Source: Catajapyx aquilonaris (taxonomy: Eukaryota). Taken from it: a stretch of DNA of 49,933 bases. The notes beneath the pieces are model-generated. The model made no database searches, was not told where the DNA came from, and worked only from the letters and a program-made list of their open reading frames with translations. Both the position numbers and the translations under genes were made by a program. The DNA lies in assembly GCA_000934665.2 (NCBI GenBank), contig JYFJ02002844.1:1-49933 (forward strand). The letters run 5' to 3'. This document shows, piece after piece, positions 10,899-23,600 of the stretch (its first letter is position 1; the number at the start of each line of letters is the position of its first letter).

Positions 10899-13850
10899 GT
10901 CCATTGTCCAATTCGACTGCAATTTTCTTACTCTCTTCCGCCGTCCTTTTGATCCGTCTCCTTGCAGACTCTGCGTGTTTGAGTGATACGATACTCTCTC
11001 AAGTTTCTCCCCTTCTCTTTAGTTTCTCTCTCTGGTTGATATTAATATCTCTATCTCCTGTCAGGGGCTGCAAGTGATGTCACTCGCAAGGTTGTGAGCT
11101 CAGTGGTATGTCCACTGAGCGATGCTTAATGAGATGTTTCCTCTCATCAAAGCTGATTTATGACGATGGTGATGACCGTGAAACGAGTCATGTCCCATTC
11201 GTACTTTTTATACGTCTTTCTATTAGCAATCAGTATAAACACTATTGTGGTCGGGCACATTGTGCATTACTCCATAACTGTGAGCGACTCTGTTTCGGTT
11301 TCACTTCGCCGCGCGAAGTCAGACTGCTCGTATGTCATATAATGTTGCCATAAAATGTAGATCATCGTCTCAAATTTAATTTAATGCTATTCTGCTGGGG
11401 AAGTAGTAGGGTAAACTTTCCAGTAGAATACAATACGTAAGAAAACGAACCTTGTGCCAGAGTCGGCATAGTTAATGGAACAAAACAATGCTATTTTCAC
11501 ATGAATTTCCCACTTATTTATATGCCCATGTCCCGGTTTCAAAAGTTTTCTCTACCACGCTCTCCCATTGGCCCCGCTATAATACAAGCAGGTAAGGGCC
11601 AGTACGCGGAAATCTATGGCTTTATAGCAAGTGCCCGGTGATTGAAAAGGTCGAATGGAACATGAAGAAAAGGGCGGGATTTTTGCTGATATTTTTCCAT
11701 GACAATTATTTTGCTATGTGGGGGGAAGAAAGAGAGAGAGGGAGAGTAAGGTCCCTTTCACTTGGCAATAACGCCCGGCGAGGCCTTGTGGTGGTGTGCA
11801 CCTGGGTCCACGTTCCTTTTCGTGCAACTCCGTTACTTATTACTTATTCCCACTTGGCTGCCTGGGCGAGGCGAGGCGAGTCCCGGCCTTGGTTATCTCT
11901 CTCTCTCTCCCTCCCTTTACCCCTCGCCATCTCTCTATTCCTTCAGTCTTTCCCATCCATCTCGGATGTCTGCTTTCACCTCACACCTCCTTTGTTTTTG
12001 TTTTATTTCACTCCCACCCCCCACCCGTCACCTATATATTTCCTTATCCCGTTTCCCGGTTGGGAATGTCCCCTTATCCTATACCCCCCATACAGACGAG
12101 CGGGGAAGCACGGTGGACCGTTCCGTCCCGTTCCGCTTCGTCGTGTTACCTCGCTCCATTGCCACATAACTACTGATCTGCAGTATGTTTCTTGTCCCTT
12201 GGCGCGTCTGTTACATTTTTTGTCGGTTCTCGCATTTTTTTCCTCCTTCTCATTTATTGAAAAGGAAAAGTGTGAGACGTGCAAAGTCAGGGGATGCAAA
12301 ATGTTGCGCACCATTTCATTGCTGCGTACTCTTCTCGCCAAATTGTAGAAAGTTATTTTTTATCGACACTTAAATTAAGATATTATGTATCATTAAAATA
12401 TCTATTGATTTTATTGCTGGGGAAGTTTTTTTCTGACGATCCTGCTAACCAAAAATGTTCTAACAATTTTATTGTAAAAAAAATCCAGATTGTTTTGTTT
12501 TAGTCTAAGATGTTACAAAACCTTTCAGAAATATTGCGTTGTAGGCCTACCCGGAAATAAGGACGACCCGGCGAACGAAAAGAACATTATACATAACAGG
12601 TCACATGTGGCCTTGCATACGAATGGTAATGCTTTAATCTACCATGAATCTACCAGTAACATAGGTAAGTTTTTTCAGGGATAAGTTTTATAAATGCTTT
12701 AGATTTTACTTGAACCTCTTTCTGATGTAAATTAAAAGGTGAAATCAGAATGAATTTCTTAGTTTTCGTAAACTACTCCGCTGCGGAATTTACAGAACGC
12801 ATGAAAAATCTCACTTACAGAGAAAATGTAAAACGAAATCTACCAGATTTCGTCAGGGCACTTGAAAAAAATGACAATATGACAGTGCAAAGCGGTATTA
12901 GGACAGGGGCTTACATAATGAAGAGAAAGTTATATGGGAGGACATTGCGTCTACGCTCGCTGAAATTTAAAAAATGTGCTGCCAGCATGCAGTCAAACCG
13001 CATCAGAAGTTGAATGTGAACTAATCGGTTTTATTCTTTGTATAATAAGTTGTAATTTATACTTGACTCGGAATGTCCAATGTACGGGTGACGTCAACAA
13101 AGTGGCATTGCCTGTTCATGTGTTGTTTTTTTGGCTGCTTAGAAAAATTTCCAGGGAAGAAAGCTCAAATGAAAGTGGCTAGAAAGAATTTGGATAGGCG
13201 TGCAGTATAGTAGTGAAGCTGACCAATGGTCCAAGATAACAGCACTCCAATGCTGGACTGAAGGAATAAGTGATCATTTCGGACATCCGACGTGTCCTAG
13301 TAGTGGTCCGGCTACGAAAATCCTCTCCCTGCCATATGTTTTAATACAAGCTTTCCTTGTTAAACAGGTGTTTGATGCCATCAAAAGTAACTGTAGCAAG
13401 GGAAACCGGGATGGAGCAGGCGGGCGGGCGTCGCTTTTCTTTTCCCCCATTTTAACCGGGTTAATAGCACTTTTATCGCGATACATGTCACTTTTCGGAT
13501 ACTAGAGACCGATAGGGACACATTCCGCTCATTACCTAAACAATTTTTGAATTGGGCCAGAGTGGCCCTCTGAATTCTCCCGCACTCTTTCTCTAACGAT
13601 TATTCATGTTTGTAGTAGTTAACGAGGGATCAATCTTGTGAGTTGCTGCTAAAGAGAACTCGTCTTATTATTGGGCCCGGTAATGTTCAAATTGGAATTA
13701 GCATGTAGGTAATTTAGCAAAAATTAAAGGCTGATAATGGTCCCCTTGGCACGATATTTTACTACTCCCGGGCCAGCTCACACAACCCACTTCTATACAC
13801 CCGGTTAGAGTAAATTACGTAAATTCCTAACCACATAAGACAATGAGTAG

Positions 13851-14056
13851 CAGGGGTCGAAATATTCGTATGCAAAATTGCTATCTGCACTCCAAACGGA
13901 GCCTTGGAATTCAAAGAATTCACTCCAATTGGTCCTGCTTTTTAACATGGCTAAACCCATTAATCACTCCAAGTAAGTAATGCACTCCAGATAAAAGGCT
14001 GGAGTGCAAACTTTGCACCTAAACAATAACTAAGATTCGGCCCAGATTCGACCCCT
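13851..14056. mobile_element. Possible degenerate hAT-like MITE upstream of RpL19
   Basis: 10-bp inverted ends AGGGGTCGAA (13852-13861) / TTCGACCCCT (14047-14056), similar flanks tgagtag / tcagtag, and an internal repeated CACTCCA motif. Confidence 0.35.
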
Positions 14057-14443
14057 TCAGTAGCCATTGACCAATTATAAGCTCTTTGCCATTGACAAAG
14101 AAGTCAGCAAAGTCGTGCTTGATTCACCCGCGTGATTCTCCTTCTTTACCTCCCTTTCCAGCAGATGTCAGCACTGACAGCACACCTTCCTTTTATAAGA
14201 AAAAAAAAATCATATATTACACACACATACGGCATAATTTTTGCACCTAACTCAATAAATTTGATGATAACGACACCAGACACGCAATTTGTCTTTAATG
14301 ATTCGCTTTCATAAACCATGTGTGAAGTGGAAGTGACGTGTGGTGCGTGCGTGCATGCTGCTGGCTCCCCCCACCAAGCGGCTTCCGGTACCAGTCCTCG
14401 CCTATTTGTCGCGGCGAGGTGTTGCTGAGAAACAGCCGCAGCC

Positions 14444-16627
14444 ATGAGGTGAGCAGGGGGCAGGCCCAGGGTCGTATTCGCCCCTCACATCAGGGGCAGT
14501 GGGAGGGCGCGGAAGGGAGGACGGGGGTCGGGGACGAGCCGGGGGGCTGGTCGGCGGGCGGGCAGGGGTTGCGCACTAGGCCCAGCCTCGCACGTCTAGG
14601 CCTAATGGAGGTCGGGAGAGTGGGAAGGAAGATGTGGCTTGGATTGTTGCCCGACTGTGTGCAGGAGGATGATATGTTCATGCCCTGCTTATCCGTTTCA
14701 GTACCTTGAAGCTGCAGAAGAGGCTGGCGTCCTCGGTGATGGGATGCGGGAAGAAGAAGGTGTGGATGGACCCCAATGAGATCAACGAGATTGCCAATGC
14801 AAACTCGCGTAAGCATCTGTCTTGGGAAGGAGGGGCTTTCATGGCAAAGTTGGCTAGCTGTTTTGTTTTGATGCATTGTGTTCAGGTCATTGCCTTTGAC
14901 CTAGCTCAATATGCTGAAACACCAACAGTCGACAGAGCCAAGTGGCACGTTATTGTCTCCTAAAAGGACACAGATTTTGCAGGGCACCATGACACCCATC
15001 TGTAAACTAGTAGTTCCTTGGGTAGTGTGATTATTGGTATCACCAGAAAGTGATTAATCCTATGTGAATAACATGTGGATCAACCACTTGTTCATGGTTA
15101 ACCATTGGTCACATCAGGTTGCATTTGAACCAGTAGTGTAGTTATTGTTGCAAGGAGAAGTGCTTAAAATCTGTCATTGTGCCATGCCATGCAGCATATT
15201 TGATGGCGAGTTCATGCAATTCCAAGTTATGCTCAGAAGTAGGCCAGTTCTGTAGGTGTAGCAGCTTTTTAATAAAGATGAACATGAACAATTGTAAAGA
15301 CCTTCCTGAAATTATGGTGCCTTGTGCAAGGGCTGTAAAAAAATGTACGTCTTGCTGGTAGGGGGTAGAAAGGGATGCATCCAGAGTGATACAGCATGGC
15401 ATGGGGTTGGAAAAAGCTACTATGTATGATAGCATAAATTCTGCAAGGTAAATATTGTCACAGGGAGATAAGAGTGCTCTTCAAGTTGCATCAACATTGC
15501 ACCATGGTTGGGCAATTTGGATTTCTCATTGTAGTAGGGGGCTTGTGTGTGTGAAGCTGCCTGTGAGAGATTAAAAATTTGAGATGTTCTTGTTAATATC
15601 CTGAGACTTTTGTTGACAGGCCAAGATATTATGTATTCCAACATGTTTCTAGATTAGACAAGTGCCACGGGGCTAAAACTAGAAGTGCCCAAGATTTTCA
15701 CATAAGCATTTCTAGTGTTCCTCGCACCTTGTGAATTTCTGATTGGATTCATAATTTATTTCCAATGAGGAAGTTGATGACTTGATGCACAACTCTGAAC
15801 TGGTTTGTGCAGAAAAGTGATTAAAATATATTTATAAGAATTGAGCCAGAAAATCAAGCATGTCAGGCAAGGCATGATACTAATTTTAATATGTAATGAA
15901 CCAACAATGAGCAGCAGAATGAGTCCAAAGAGTTGATTATGAAGTAAATCCATTGGTGTGATAGAGGGATTAGTATGTATGCAACAATGAAAGACAGATC
16001 CCCAAAATTCAAAGAATATTATTCAGCACTTATGTTTGCATAAAAATGTAATTAAATAATTACTACTGCGCATTGTGTAATGCTTTTGTATCACATATGT
16101 CATTTTCAATGTTTCTCTCTCCAGGGCACAACATTCGCCGCTTGATTCGTGATGGTCTTATCATCAAGAAGCCTGTTGCAGTCCACTCACGAGCTCGTGC
16201 ACGTAAGAACACAGAAGCACGTCGCAAGGGTCGCCATTCGGGTTATGGAAAACGCAAGGGTACTGCTAATGCACGAACCCCTCGTAAGTTAGCTTGGATC
16301 CGGCGCATGAGAGTTCTTCGGCGCCTCCTGAAGCGTTATCGGGAGGCCAAGAAGCTGGACAAGCATCTCTACCGCCAACTGTACATGAAGGTGAAGGGCA
16401 ATGGTTTTAAGAACAAGCGTGTCCTCATTGAGTTCATCCATAAGAAGAAGGCAGAGAAGGCCCGCACCAAGATGTTGGAAGACCAGGCAGAGGCCCGCAG
16501 ACAGAAGAACAGGGAGGCCAGGAAGAGGAGGGAGGAGCGTGTGGCACAGAGAAGGCTTGAGATGCTGCAGGCTTACGATAAGGAAGAGGCGGAGATGCTG
16601 CTTGCACAGCAGCAAGCCAAGAAGTGA
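14444..16627 (+). CDS. RpL19: 60S ribosomal protein L19 (eL19), 204 aa
   Basis: Exons 14444-14448 (ATG AG), 14702-14808, 16125-16627 total 615 nt in frame. [65 protein letters not shown]...[10 protein letters not shown] is unmistakable eL19. Confidence 0.98.
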
Positions 16628-17617
16628 AATCAGCAGGTTTTCCTACGATGCTCTCATGACCATTAAAAGTTGGAGAGTACATTGTACTTGATGTTTTTTC
16701 CGCATCCTTATTCCTTCATTGTCGTGGTTGTATTTTTCATGGCTCATGCTTTCAAAATGATTTGCCTTTTTGTCATTATAGTCAATGAAATGAAGCAAGA
16801 GCCATCCAACAATTTTGTTTACAGGTGTCCTCTGAACCCCTGAAAAGAACGGGTATGGGAGCTAATTGCAAGACTGGCATGTTTTTAGCCAACTTTAGTA
16901 ACAGCTGATTTCATCAAGATTAGCTGCCTGTGTGACCACTGCTTGCACCATACAAGGTTATTGCCATCCATAGTAATCCACAAGAAAAAAAAGCAAATAT
17001 TGCTGCTACAAGAGATCCATGGGTTGTATGGTCTGATACCCATTGTTGGCATCCAAGAATCCTCCTTGAACTGATGTGAAAGGTCAAGCGCTTTGTTTTA
17101 TTCATATAGGCTTTTAATTGCAACTGATTTTATGGCACAGGTGGGCCCCAGGATCCTGGTTTTCTAGATGCGACAACTTGGAGAAGATTGCTTGCATCCA
17201 TGATACAGAAGCCCTGCATTTAATAGTTATGCAAGTTGGTCTCTAATAGTAATATTGTAATTGATGTAGGGGGATACTAACATTGGTATAATAAGTACTG
17301 GTACTGTTTGACATGATGACTGAAGGGCTTCAGAAGTTGGTAGGTTTCCCACTCAAGTAATCATAATTGTGTGGTGACGCAACTATTACCAGTTCTAAGA
17401 TACGCAGAGATGCAATCAATACTTGTACACCTATTACATAATACATTTTTAGTGTATGTTGTTATGTTACATACTTATGACGGTACTGTATTGTGGCAAC
17501 TAGCTGCTACGTGATATGATGTCTGGGTTGTGTTCGCTGTGATTGGCTGCCTGCGTCTGGCCACCCTGCCGTGCTGCGTTGCCGTGTTTCTCACTCTCAC
17601 GCGCTGGAGGAGGAAAG

Positions 17618-20600
17618 ATGGCAGGATTGGCAGCCAAGAAGAGGAAGGCGGCCCACGTGGTCGGGAAAAGGCTGAAGGAGAAGAGGAGGAGGAAGCAGCA
17701 GGACTTGGACGATGAGGGGGACGCAGCCCCTGCTCGAACGGAGGAGGAAGAGGACATGGAGGCAGGAGGGGGTGGCCCGGAAGCCGCGGAAGAGAGGAGG
17801 AAGGAGATGGAAGCTGATGCTCGACAGTTTCTCGAAGGACTCAAAACCGACGCTCCCATGGAAGGCATGGAATTATTGCACCTACGCTCTACATTAGGAC
17901 AATTTCAGAACCATGCTTGCGGCACTAGCATTATTATATGGTACTATGCCAACTTGAACTGTGTATCAACAGTCCAAAAAGAATTGTCCCTCGCGTCGAG
18001 CGGGCAGCCACGCATCAGGATGAAAGGAACCAGTTAACTGGTTGCTTTCATCCTGACGCATGGCTGCCCGCTCGACGCGAGGGACAATTCTTTTTGAACT
18101 GTTGATACCTGAATCTTGGGTACCATTTTGGTCCAGACATGCTGTGCTTTTTACATGCATTTGTAGGTTTCAGATGCCATGGAGTCGCATAATTTCCCAT
18201 ATCAGGCCAACCAGCAAACTAAGCTGAAAAAATATTAGAAGAACCGTGTATTGCTCAAGGATTGTATAGGCTACTATTAACTGTAAAAGTAATGTTGCAC
18301 TGTTATGTGATGCTGCCCGTGACTTGTTGTTTATCCTGGGCATTGCAGAGTTACAGATGTTAATTTGGCAATATTCCGGAATCCACAACACTTTGCTCAG
18401 CGGCCACGGTCCCATGGTCCTGTGGCCCCACGGACCGGGTCGTGGGTCGAAAGCGCCATTACTTATTTGTGCAACCTTATTTCTAGTTCATAGAGTCTGT
18501 GTAATTTATAAAACAGAACCCACTCGTTTATCAGTAATTTAATCCACATTGCAATAAAATAATACTCCATTAGTTCTGAACATGATTGCACTTGTTCGAA
18601 AACATTGTTCTTGCCATGCAAATTGGCTGATTCCATTGTGTTGCCACACAAAACCAAGACTTGTCATGTCAGAACCTGGTGGGTTATGATCCAAGAGGGC
18701 TGGTCAGTGAAAAAGACTACACTAACCTGATTGGGGGAACCCAGCCTAACGTGACTGTGACGTAATAGGTTTGCCTGAAGCTACAGTAGACGGAAATCTG
18801 CCAAACGCACCTCTGGAACCTTCCACTTTTCCTGTTTCCAGGGAAATGCACTCATGCAACACTACGCGGGCTGAGAATCGTCTTCGGTTATCTCCACTTT
18901 TCAACGAAATCGAGCCAACAGCGGATTGACATTGGATGTGTTATGTTCGTTCATATCCACCCAACGTAGGTTGTAATAACGGCATCATAAACCTTCTGAG
19001 AGTAGGAAACAGTTTCGTTCAAGTCCACAAGTGACCAGAATTATTCAGTTCTGAATATGTAAATGACTCTCCTGAAAAAAAATGAAAAAGTGGAGTTAAC
19101 CGAAGATGATTCTCAGCCCGCGACCAGGAGTAATTACTCCTATTGTTGCATGAGGGCAATGATAATAGAACACTGTTTACTCCTATTGTTGTGTGAAGTG
19201 CATTTCCATGGAAAAAGAAAGAATGGAAGGTTCCAGGGGTGCGTTTGGCAGAATTCCGTCGTCTATAACTTGGCGAACAAAACTGTTACATCACAGTCAA
19301 CTTGTTAGGCTTGGTCCCCTATACAGTATTTGGGTGAACTACTAGACGTTTCGTTATAATTCATCACATAATTTGATAATGTGTGGCGCAAAATGTGCAG
19401 TTCGTTAGGTCTATAAGAAACTAGTTGATGATGACTGCAGAGTTGTTGATGCCAGCCAGCCTGTCAATCAAGACCTTACACAGTATTATTTTATTGCAGT
19501 GTGAATTAAATCGCTGACAAAGGAATGGGTTCTGTTTTATCAATTACGCAAAGGGTGGAATTTTCATCGTACTACTAGTTACTTTTAACTTAGCAGTACC
19601 AGTGTAATGCAATGGTACTGCTAAGTTAAAAGGAACTAGTAGTACAACGAAAATTCCATCCAAACAAACTAAACGAGAAATAAGTTGCACAAATGAGTAG
19701 CGGCGCTCTGAAACCGCGACCAGAACCAAAATATATCTCAGTTTCATAACACAAGGACCTCAAAAATCGCAGTTTTATAGAACCTGAAATTGCCGATTTC
19801 GGGTTAAGGCTATTTTCACACGGGGCCACCATGGCAGGTCTTTGCATTGCTGCAAGTAGAGCCGTTCACACATGGTGGTTGGCAGCGCCGCCCATGCGCT
19901 GCCAGAACTGCTGGTGGGGACTAGGGCTTTTTTGGCACTGCCAGCCGCTCCAGCTGGCCGCTCTCTCATGTGTTTGCATTGAATAATATGAAGCCTTTCA
20001 CACGAGATGCGACTTTTCTTGCGGCCAGCAGCGCCGCCTAATTTATGCGGCAGCGCTGCCATGGTGGCCTCGTGTCAAAATAGCCTAAATGGCCTAATAG
20101 GTGCTCTATTTTCACCCATTTCCATCTTTTTGATGCCGTTTTGTAAGATTTTCGAGAGTTATGCGCGTTTTTCGTTCAAAAGAAGCTGCAGGGATGCCAG
20201 ATGAACTAGCTATAGAAGACATTTAACTTTTCAAGTATGATCCAGTTACTTCGTGTTATGTCAAAATGTCATTTTCAGCATGTAGAAAATGTATTGTCAG
20301 ATAGGTGTCGCCAAACAACTGCCCTTAACCAACGAAAATAGGGAAGAACTGCTAGTTTGTTACTGTGGTGCAAAAATCCGTGGCCAAGAGTATGCTATAA
20401 TAGTGCGTAGAAATTAAAATTAATTAGGATCTACTTGATTTTTACTGCCTATTAGGAGCCTATTTCGACTGTTTTCAGGGCCTAAATGCCTACCTATTTG
20501 AGGGTTTTTTAGAATCTAAAAATCCATTCCTTAATTATGAGTTAATTATCTGTTACAGCCATTTTTTAAATTACAATAAAGTGGCATATTAGAATAAGAT

Positions 20601-23600
20601 TATGCTGACATTACCATAAAACAAAAATAAAGCAGAACATTGATCTTTCCAGCAATACGGAGCATGGCTGCAAAGCTGCAAAAACGGGATGGGAGCCAGC
20701 AAGCAACGGTCATCTTGGAAGTGGGTTGCAATGGACTAGACCTTCTGAAACTTCTTGAGGGTTCCTATCTCCACAGAACCACTGAACTCTTTCCAATCAT
20801 GACAGTGATTTGGTTCCTATTGGAACAATGCAGAGGTGATGAGGTGGATGAGAATTGGTACTCAATGGCTGTAGAAATGGCCAGGAAACTTGTAAGCCTT
20901 CACGCACGCTCTCTAAATGCCATGATGACACCAAACAACAGCATTGCCCTACGTCTGCTTGCATTTCACATATACACTGCATGTGCTGAACTGCTTGGAA
21001 AAGAAGCAGCAGAGAGAATTGACCTGAACCATTCTCTAATGATAGAAGCACTTAATCACTCTTCCAGCAGATTGAATCCAGAGAATGACTTACGTGGCGC
21101 ATTTGTGGAGTTGATGAACACAATTTTGGTCTGGGCAGGTCCTGCCCAAAGGCGCCAGTTGCTGGAAAGACGTCACCCATTAGTGCTTCTATTCCCGAAA
21201 CTTGTCAATGATCACTACACCACCACAATTGCAGTTTTTGACATGATGAGGGAGCAAGTCCTTTTGGCCCCAACATTGTCAAAGAGCCTGAAGACAAGAC
21301 TATTTGGTTTGGGTGACCTTAAGCAGTTGCTGCACCTTTTCTCACATTGGATAGGCCCTCAGAGCAAAGCGGATAAGTACAATGAAATCGGAGAAGAAGA
21401 CGTTCCCTTAGAGCACAGAAAGAAAGTGACGTCTGCGGCCCATGCTTTTTTTACTGTCTTGTGCACAGATTACAAGTATGGATTGGTGTTCAAGGACCAG
21501 TCACTGGGACTAGCTGGACAGAACCTAAATCCCATTTTGTTCTTCATATTGAGGGTGAGTTCTGCAATGTTATGTACAGGTGACTTTATGTTTGTTAGGC
21601 ACACTAGAGCCTTCATGCAGTGTGTCCAGACTAACTTCCTAATGTGTTTTCCAATGATGTGCATGATTTGATTCCAAGCTTGAAGCTTGAGTTCACAGAG
21701 TGGGCAAGCATCTGAAAAATTTCCACAATGCTAAAGTGAGCTTAATTATGTTGTTCCTGGTATACTATGCTCCTGGTGTGTAATGTTTACTGTTAACATG
21801 ACGTACGTGATACCATCACAGATATTCCTATTTTTATAGCTGCTGGATTTACCTTGGACAGAGCCACTGAAGCTGCAACTCACCCTGTCAGTGATGAAGG
21901 CATGTCCTGACCTGACTTGGCCATTGCTGACTTTTATGGGCTCCACCCTTAGACCCAGACCATCACCCAACTGGACCAAGGCAATGGACTTCCTGGTGGA
22001 AGTTTTGGAAGGTCACCAGTTAGATGATGCATTGCAGGAAGGGGACAAATGGGGCTCTGAACTCCCTGCTCGTCTCTTGCTGCCACCAGATGTGGCTCAG
22101 GAAGTGATGGCACCATCATGGTGCCATGCAAGTGCGTCTGTTAGGCAGTTTGGTCTACGAGCTTCTCTAGCATGTGTCAAGGTGGCTACAGCTGCTCTGA
22201 AATTTTACAGTGAGAAGGGGTGGAATCCACCTGGACTTGCCTTGTTGAATAAGGTAATAGCCATATCATTATCCTCTTACATTAGTGGTGCTTCTAAATG
22301 AGATGGACCCAAATGGGCCTGTGATTCCTAAATGCTAGTAAATACAGCACATGTGCTTTATGAAAATGAAAGGAATATGCAGATTTTGGAATAGATGTGT
22401 ATGAACATGAACTTTAAATGGCGAGCTCAGGCAGTACCTAAGGTGGTTGGACCAGGTTCAGCACTTTGTGCACAGGGAAATGTGATCAAAGGCTGAATGA
22501 ATTTGGACAGACACATATGGTACTTAAAGATGTTAAGGATAGTATGCAACAATTAGCATGCAGTAAATAACATTTGAAAAATCTGAGATCCAGTATTTGT
22601 ACCTCATCTGGTGCAACAGCCCCAAGTCGTGTCAAAATTATAATTGCTGCTATTACCAAATAGTGCTTAGCACCTTCTCTGAAATATGTGTTGTGACTCA
22701 AGTAACACCATTAATTAACAGCCTGAGGACAAGCGTACAGAGTTGATGAAGGTTAAGGGCACAGGATATGTTCTACCTTTGCTTAATTGAAAAAAAACAC
22801 TTTTCCTGCAATTAGATCCATCCCTGATTCCCTTAAGAAGGTGATATTTAAAATATGACTTATTGGTCGCAAAATTTGTAAACAGAAACATCTATTACAT
22901 CTCAGATTATTAATGTTTCTGACTTGATACAAGTGGCACCTAATCAGAGTTAATGCTGGCATTGGGTTCGCCATAGAATTCTTGTTCATTTGCATTATCA
23001 TACCATTAATTCAACATAAACATTCTTTTAGATGATACCTCAAACGCCTGAGTTGGCCAACTGCTGGAACAAGGCAGTGATGTTGTGGACCAAGCAAAAG
23101 GGCAATGAAGAGGCCATTGAGGACAACCTCATTGATCTTCCGGAATGCTGGGAGCACTTACAAATTATCCTGGAAGTGGAGAAGGCCCTTTTAAGTTGGA
23201 AAGAGGCTGCCCTTTGCCCTATGCAAGTCATGGCTGACATTCAGTCTGTGTCAGCATGCACGAAGCAAGAGCCTGCTAATTCTGTAGTTCGCCTTGCACT
23301 TGATTTGCTGGCTGCATCAAACCAGGAAGACAACAACAAGAAATGTGAAATTCTCGTTCCACTCCTGCAACTGGCAAGCCAGATCAACGAGACTCACATG
23401 AGGCAGCAAGCTGCAAGAGTTGTGCTTTCTGTGTGGCCTGGTTCTTTGCCTGAAGAAGCACTCTTTTGGCTCAGGTTGGTTCCTATTTCAGATTAATTGG
23501 CAAAAAGCTTGCAATATTTTGCCATTTTTGGCCAGTAGTCAATGGATATGGTGTGGAATCACAATTATATGCTGTGTGTATACAGGCATTAGGCTTTTGT

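Noticed and set aside
11638..12348. 236-aa ORF and overlapping ORFs
   Set aside because: CT/GA low-complexity sequence open in several frames, with no recognisable domain or exon structure.
12750..13013. 87-aa ORF between Cda5 and RpL19
   Set aside because: No motif or splice support; possibly a decayed repeat.
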